Shown here: piece after piece, positions 59,499-64,000 of the stretch
How the letters are laid out: every line of letters begins with the position of its first letter
How positions within the stretch are numbered: position 1 is the first letter of the stretch
Assembly (NCBI GenBank): GCA_902519625.1
Contig: CABYKS010000001.1
Coordinates: 281-64,280, forward strand
Direction: 5' to 3'
Source: an uncultured Pelagibacteraceae bacterium
GTDB taxonomy: Bacteria; Pseudomonadota; Alphaproteobacteria; Pelagibacterales; Pelagibacteraceae
DNA length: 64,000 bases
Translations under genes and position numbers: made by a program
Notes under the pieces: model-generated
What the model was told of the DNA's origin: nothing
The model's input: only the letters and a program-made list of their open reading frames with translations
The model's database searches: none

Positions 59499-60233
59499 TT
59501 AATTAAAATTTTCATATCCTTTATTTTCTAATTCTAATGCTAGCTCTGGACCACCCGATTTGATTATGTGACCATTCATCAATACATGGACATAATCAGG
59601 TTTTATATAATCTAATAATCTTTGGTAGTGTGTAATTATTAAAAATGAATTATCTTTTTTTCTTAATGAATTAACTCCATCGGCAACAATTTTAAGTGCA
59701 TCAATATCTAAACCAGAATCAGTCTCATCCAAAATTGAAAGTTTTGGATTTAAAATAGACATTTGTAATATTTCATTTTTCTTTTTTTCACCGCCAGAAA
59801 ATCCTACATTTAATTGTCTATTTAATTTTTCTTCATCAAATTTTAATTCTTTTGCTTTTAATTTTACTAATTTTAAAAATTCTATTGCATCAAGTTCTTT
59901 TTCTCCTCTAGCTTTTTTAATTGCATTAAGTGATGTTTTTAAAAAAATATTTGTATTTACACCTGGTATTTCTAAAGGATATTGAAAAGCTAAAAATATT
60001 CCTTTGTGTGCTCTTTCTTCTGTTTCAAGTTCAAAAAGGTTTTTATTTTCAAATAAAATTTCTCCAGAAACATCGTACCCCTTTTTTCCTGATAAAATAT
60101 TAGATAAAGTGCTTTTTCCTGATCCGTTTGGTCCCATTATTGCATGCACTTCGCCTGGTTTTATTTCAAGATTAAAGTTATTTAAAATTGATTTACTTTC
60201 TACATCAGCTTTCAAGTTTTTTATTTTTAACAT
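59499..60233 (-). CDS. sufC: SufC ATPase
   Basis: MGPNGSGKS, FSGGEKK, DETDSGLD and THYQR. Confidence 0.95.
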   Translation of the reverse strand: MLKIKNLKADVESKSILNNFNLEIKPGEVHAIMGPNGSGKSTLSNILSGKKGYDVSGEILFENKNLFELETEERAHKGIFLAFQYPLEIPGVNTNIFLKTSLNAIKKARGEKELDAIEFLKLVKLKAKELKFDEEKLNRQLNVGFSGGEKKKNEILQMSILNPKLSILDETDSGLDIDALKIVADGVNSLRKKDNSFLIITHYQRLLDYIKPDYVHVLMNGHIIKSGGPELALELENKGYENFN

Positions 60234-61670
60234 TTAACCAACACTTCCTTCCAAGCTTATTCCAACAAGTTTTTGTGCTTCAACGGCAAACTCCATTGGC
60301 AATTGTTGTAAAACTTCTTTGCAGAATCCGTTTACAATTAATCCTACAGCTTCTTCAGGATTTAAACCTCTCTGTTGACAATAATAAAGTTGTTCTTCGC
60401 TTATCTTAGAAGTGGTAGCTTCATGGGCAATATTAGATTCCGGGTTTTTATTTTTAATATAAGGAACAGTATGAGCACCACATTTATTACCCATAAGTAA
60501 AGAGTCACATTGTGTATAATTTCTAGAGTTTTTAGCTTTAGATGATATATCTACTAAACCTCTGTAAGTCATATCAGAAAAACCTGCACTAATTCCTTTT
60601 GAAATAATTTTACTTTTGGTATTTTTTCCTAAATGTATCATTTTGGTTCCTGTGTCAGCTTTTTGATAGTTGTTTGTAATTGCAATTGAATAAAATTCTC
60701 CAATAGAGTTATCACCTTGTAAAACACAACTTGGATATTTCCATGTTATTGCTGAACCAGTTTCTACTTGTGTCCATGAAATTTTAGAATTTGTTCCTTT
60801 ACATAAACCTCTTTTGGTTACAAAATTATAAATACCGCCTTTTCCGTTTTCATCGCCAGGGTACCAATTTTGAACAGTTGAATATTTAATTTCAGCATCA
60901 TCTAAAGCAACTAATTCTACGTTTGCTGCATGAAGTTGATTTTCATCTCTCATAGGAGCTGTACAACCCTCTAGATAACTTACATAGCTTCCTTTGTCAG
61001 CAATGATTAACGTTCTTTCAAATTGTCCTGTTTGAGATGCATTAATTCTAAAATATGTTGAAAGTTCCATCGGGCATCTCACACCAGGAGGAATATAAAC
61101 AAAAGATCCATCTGTAAAAACAGCTGAATTTAAAGTTGCAAAATAATGATCGGTTAAAGGGATTACAGAACCTATATATTTTTTTACAAGCTCTGGATGC
61201 TTTTGTATTGCCTCAGAAATTGAACAAAAAATTACTCCTACTTCATTTAATTTATCTTTAAAAGTTGTAGCCACAGAAACAGAATCAAATACTGCATCTA
61301 CAGCAATACCATTTAATCTTTGCTGTTCTTGTAATGGTATGCCAAGTTTTTTGTAAGTTTCTAAAAGTTTTGGATCAAGTTCATCTATATTTTTAGGTTT
61401 TGTACTTGTACTTTTAGGAGCTGAATAATAATAAATATCCTGGTAATCAATTTTTGGATATTTTGGTTTTTGCCAATTTGGTTCTTTTAAATTTTTTAAT
61501 CTTTCAAAAGCTTTCATTCTCCAATCGAGCATCCATTTTGGTTCTTTCTTAGCTTTAGATATGAATTCAATAACTTCTTTACTCAAACCTTTGGGTGCTC
61601 TAATATTTTCAATATCAGTTGTAAAACCATATTTATAATCTTTTAATTTATCTATCTGTTTTTCTCTCAT
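60234..61670 (-). CDS. sufB: SufB
   Basis: [21 protein letters not shown] and LPMEFAVE. Confidence 0.95.
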   Translation of the reverse strand: MREKQIDKLKDYKYGFTTDIENIRAPKGLSKEVIEFISKAKKEPKWMLDWRMKAFERLKNLKEPNWQKPKYPKIDYQDIYYYSAPKSTSTKPKNIDELDPKLLETYKKLGIPLQEQQRLNGIAVDAVFDSVSVATTFKDKLNEVGVIFCSISEAIQKHPELVKKYIGSVIPLTDHYFATLNSAVFTDGSFVYIPPGVRCPMELSTYFRINASQTGQFERTLIIADKGSYVSYLEGCTAPMRDENQLHAANVELVALDDAEIKYSTVQNWYPGDENGKGGIYNFVTKRGLCKGTNSKISWTQVETGSAITWKYPSCVLQGDNSIGEFYSIAITNNYQKADTGTKMIHLGKNTKSKIISKGISAGFSDMTYRGLVDISSKAKNSRNYTQCDSLLMGNKCGAHTVPYIKNKNPESNIAHEATTSKISEEQLYYCQQRGLNPEEAVGLIVNGFCKEVLQQLPMEFAVEAQKLVGISLEGSVG

Positions 61671-62093
61671 TTAAATTCTATTATCTTTTTTATTTATTAG
61701 ATCACTTAATTTTTTTTTTTCAAAAAAGACATTAATATAATCTTCAAGTTCATCCCATAAATTGTGAGTAATGCATTTTGTACTTTTTCCATTACATCCT
61801 TTTTTTGAATGTTTTTCACAACCTACTGTTTTTATTTTTTCTTCAACTGCTGAAAGTACTTCTGAAATATTAATTTCAGATGCATTTTTATTTAATATGT
61901 AGCCCCCTTTATTTCCTCTTACGCTACTAACAATTTTATTTTTTTTTAATTTTAAAAATAATTGTTCTAAATAAACTAATGATATGCCTTGTCTTAAAGA
62001 TATATCTCTAAGAGAAACTGGCTCATTAGGATCAAACTTTGCAAGATCCGCAAGTGCCATTACAGCGTATCTACCTTTACTTGATAATTTCAT
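61671..62093 (-). CDS. iscR: Rrf2 family Fe-S regulator IscR
   Basis: KGRYAV, YLEQLF, RG..GGY, and three Cys plus His (C..C..CITH). Confidence 0.88.
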   Translation of the reverse strand: MKLSSKGRYAVMALADLAKFDPNEPVSLRDISLRQGISLVYLEQLFLKLKKNKIVSSVRGNKGGYILNKNASEINISEVLSAVEEKIKTVGCEKHSKKGCNGKSTKCITHNLWDELEDYINVFFEKKKLSDLINKKDNRI

Positions 62094-62120
62094 ATTTCCC
62101 GCAATTCACGGGCTTTATAT

Positions 62121-62145
62121 ATACCTGACTAATTTAGTCAAGTTT
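62121..62145. promoter_or_regulatory. IscR type-1 operator
   Basis: ATACCTGACTAATTTAGTCAAGTTT matches the consensus ATASYYGACTRWWWYAGTCRRSTAT at 24 of 25 positions; about 30 nt upstream of iscR. Confidence 0.85.
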
Positions 62146-62231
62146 ATAAGTAATTTTAAAACTTGCTTTTTGTCGCTCTATTTTGATAGAAAAATATAAA
62201 TTTTTTTTGATAATAATTATCAATATCTTTT

Positions 62232-62888
62232 ATGGATAGCAAAATAGTAGAAATATTTATACCTGGGCCAGCTGGAAGACTTGAAGCAAAATATTATAAG
62301 AGTAAAAAAAATACTTCTCCAATCGCTTTGGTTTTACATCCTCACCCTCAATACGGAGGAACTATGAATAATAAAGTGGTAGTTGATACCTTTCATGTTT
62401 TTATGGAAAATGATTTTTCTGTTTGTAGAGTAAATTTTAGAGGTGTTGGAAAAAGTGATGGTGAATTCGATAATGGTCAAGGTGAACTTGCTGATGCTGC
62501 TGCAGCTCTTGATTGGTTAGAAAGAGAAAATTTTGATAACTCACAATGCTGGATTTCTGGATTTTCTTTTGGATCTTTAATTTCAATGCAATTACTAATG
62601 AGAAGACCTGAAATAAATAGATTTATTGCAATCTCACCTCAACCAAATGTTTATGATTTTTCTTTTTTATCACCTTGTCCTTCTTCAGGCTTAATGATTT
62701 ATGGAAAAAAAGATGAGCTAGTACCTGTTGAAAATATTAATGAATTAAATAAAAGATTAAGTGCACAAAAAGGTATTAAAGTTGAATTTGAATCTGTTTC
62801 AGATGCTAATCATTTTTTTTCTAAGGCTGAACAACCATTAATTAAATCTTTAAATAAATATATAAAAAAAGAATCTGCTTTATATTAA
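62232..62888 (+). CDS. Alpha/beta hydrolase (conserved divergent neighbour of iscR in alphaproteobacteria)
   Basis: GPAGRLE, HPHPQYGGTM, GFSFG nucleophile and ANHFF. Confidence 0.88.
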   Translation: MDSKIVEIFIPGPAGRLEAKYYKSKKNTSPIALVLHPHPQYGGTMNNKVVVDTFHVFMENDFSVCRVNFRGVGKSDGEFDNGQGELADAAAALDWLERENFDNSQCWISGFSFGSLISMQLLMRRPEINRFIAISPQPNVYDFSFLSPCPSSGLMIYGKKDELVPVENINELNKRLSAQKGIKVEFESVSDANHFFSKAEQPLIKSLNKYIKKESALY

Positions 62889-63985
62889 AAATTTTTAACC
62901 ATTATTCCGCCCTGACAAGGTTCTTTGCATCCTGTAGTTTCTGGGAATGATATAGGTAATCCTAAATATGATCTAATAGCAAGATAACCAAAAGCTTGCG
63001 ACTCAATAAAATTGCCATCTATACCAAGATTATCTATTTGCGAAATCTTATTTTTAATTTTTCTTTGAATAGAGTCTATTAAAAATTTATTTTTTCTACC
63101 CCCTCCACAAACAAAAATATCTTCTTCTGATAATTTTTTAGATATAATATCTGCAGTTAACTCAGTAATTGTTGCCGCTCCATCTTCTAAAGAAAGACCT
63201 TTAGCAAAAGAAATGTCAAAATCATTAACATCAAGAGATTTTTTTTTATCAGTTTTATTATAATAAAAATTATCTATTGTTTGCTCTAATATAAATTTAT
63301 CTATTATTCCTGATTTAGCGATATCTCCATTTTTATCAAAATTTTTATCAGAATTAGCTATTAACCATTTATCAATTAAACAATTTCCTGGTCCTATATC
63401 CTTACTTGTCATTTTATAATTTTCATTAATAGATGTTGTATTTGAAATTCCACCAATATTTAAAATTGTAATTGGTAGTTTTATTTTTCCTTTTTCTTTA
63501 AAAGTCTTAGCTAATAAATTATGATAAATTGGAGTTAGTGGAGCTCCTTGACCTTCATTTTCTAAATCATTTTGTCTGAAATTGTAAATAACCTTTTTTT
63601 TTGTTAATTTTGATAACATTTCTCCATCACCCAATTGTTTGCTGATCTTTTCTTCAGCATTGTGAAATATTGTTTGTCCATGGAAACCTAGTAAATCAAC
63701 ATCTATTTTTGAGCTTTCAATAATTTCATTAACAACTTTTGCATGAAATAATGTCAGCTCACTTTCTAACGTTTTGATGTCATTAAAATGTGTCTTTAAA
63801 TCATCTATTAATAAGACTTTATTTCTTATATTTATTAAATTCTGACGAAGGTCATCGCTATATTTAAAGTATTTCTCTATTTTTATTGAATATTCTCTAT
63901 CTCCATCTGAACTAATGATTGAAGCATCCACTCCATCCATTGAAGTTCCACTCATTAATCCTAAAGCTGTATATATCTTTCCCAT
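62885..63985 (-). CDS. anmK: Anhydro-N-acetylmuramic acid kinase
   Basis: GLMSGTSMDGVD, GFHGQT, GQGAPL, NIGGISN, DIGPGN and CGGG. Confidence 0.95.
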   Translation of the reverse strand: MGKIYTALGLMSGTSMDGVDASIISSDGDREYSIKIEKYFKYSDDLRQNLINIRNKVLLIDDLKTHFNDIKTLESELTLFHAKVVNEIIESSKIDVDLLGFHGQTIFHNAEEKISKQLGDGEMLSKLTKKKVIYNFRQNDLENEGQGAPLTPIYHNLLAKTFKEKGKIKLPITILNIGGISNTTSINENYKMTSKDIGPGNCLIDKWLIANSDKNFDKNGDIAKSGIIDKFILEQTIDNFYYNKTDKKKSLDVNDFDISFAKGLSLEDGAATITELTADIISKKLSEEDIFVCGGGRKNKFLIDSIQRKIKNKISQIDNLGIDGNFIESQAFGYLAIRSYLGLPISFPETTGCKEPCQGGIMVKNF

Positions 63986-64000
63986 TCTTATTTTTTTTTA

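Noticed and set aside
848-62199. Dozens of short ORFs antisense to or overlapping real genes (e.g. 3271-3561, 8107-8463, 13677-14018, 54272-54523, 56625-56999)
   Set aside because: Shadow frames of well-supported genes, with no recognisable motifs.
1-64000. CRISPR arrays, tRNA/rRNA genes, IS elements, prophage or defence systems
   Set aside because: No spaced repeats, cloverleaf-like GC-rich segments, transposases, integrases or phage structural genes were seen, and intergenic spaces are under about 200 nt.

Overview
AT-rich (roughly 30% GC by eye), very gene-dense alphaproteobacterial DNA with tiny or overlapping intergenic gaps. Gene content and style point to SAR11/Candidatus Pelagibacter; this is an inference. 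The window is a nutrient-scavenging and cofactor region. It holds four ABC importers (EhuBCDA-type ectoine, PotABCD-type, ProXWV/HisX-type betaine, DppABCD-type peptide), an EutA/EutD(DoeA) ectoine-catabolism pair, four Fe(II)/2-oxoglutarate dioxygenases (2 PhyH, 2 gamma-butyrobetaine-dioxygenase-like), and a lactonase/FAH/aldolase/aldehyde dehydrogenase sugar-acid-type operon. A molybdenum island carries a SorT/SorU-like sulfite dehydrogenase, moaACDE, moaB, mocA, split xdhC, form II coxGSLM and a TauE exporter. After it come glnA without glnB, an iscR-sufBCDSU-sufT-sufA operon with a near-consensus IscR operator, and anmK. I saw no tRNA, rRNA, CRISPR or mobile element. Features missing from the ORF track include a probable chimeric junction at about nt 75, an unannotated 44-aa membrane ORF between the xdhC halves, and strong hairpins immediately after all four solute-binding-protein genes. 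All assignments come from motif recognition by eye, without database searches.
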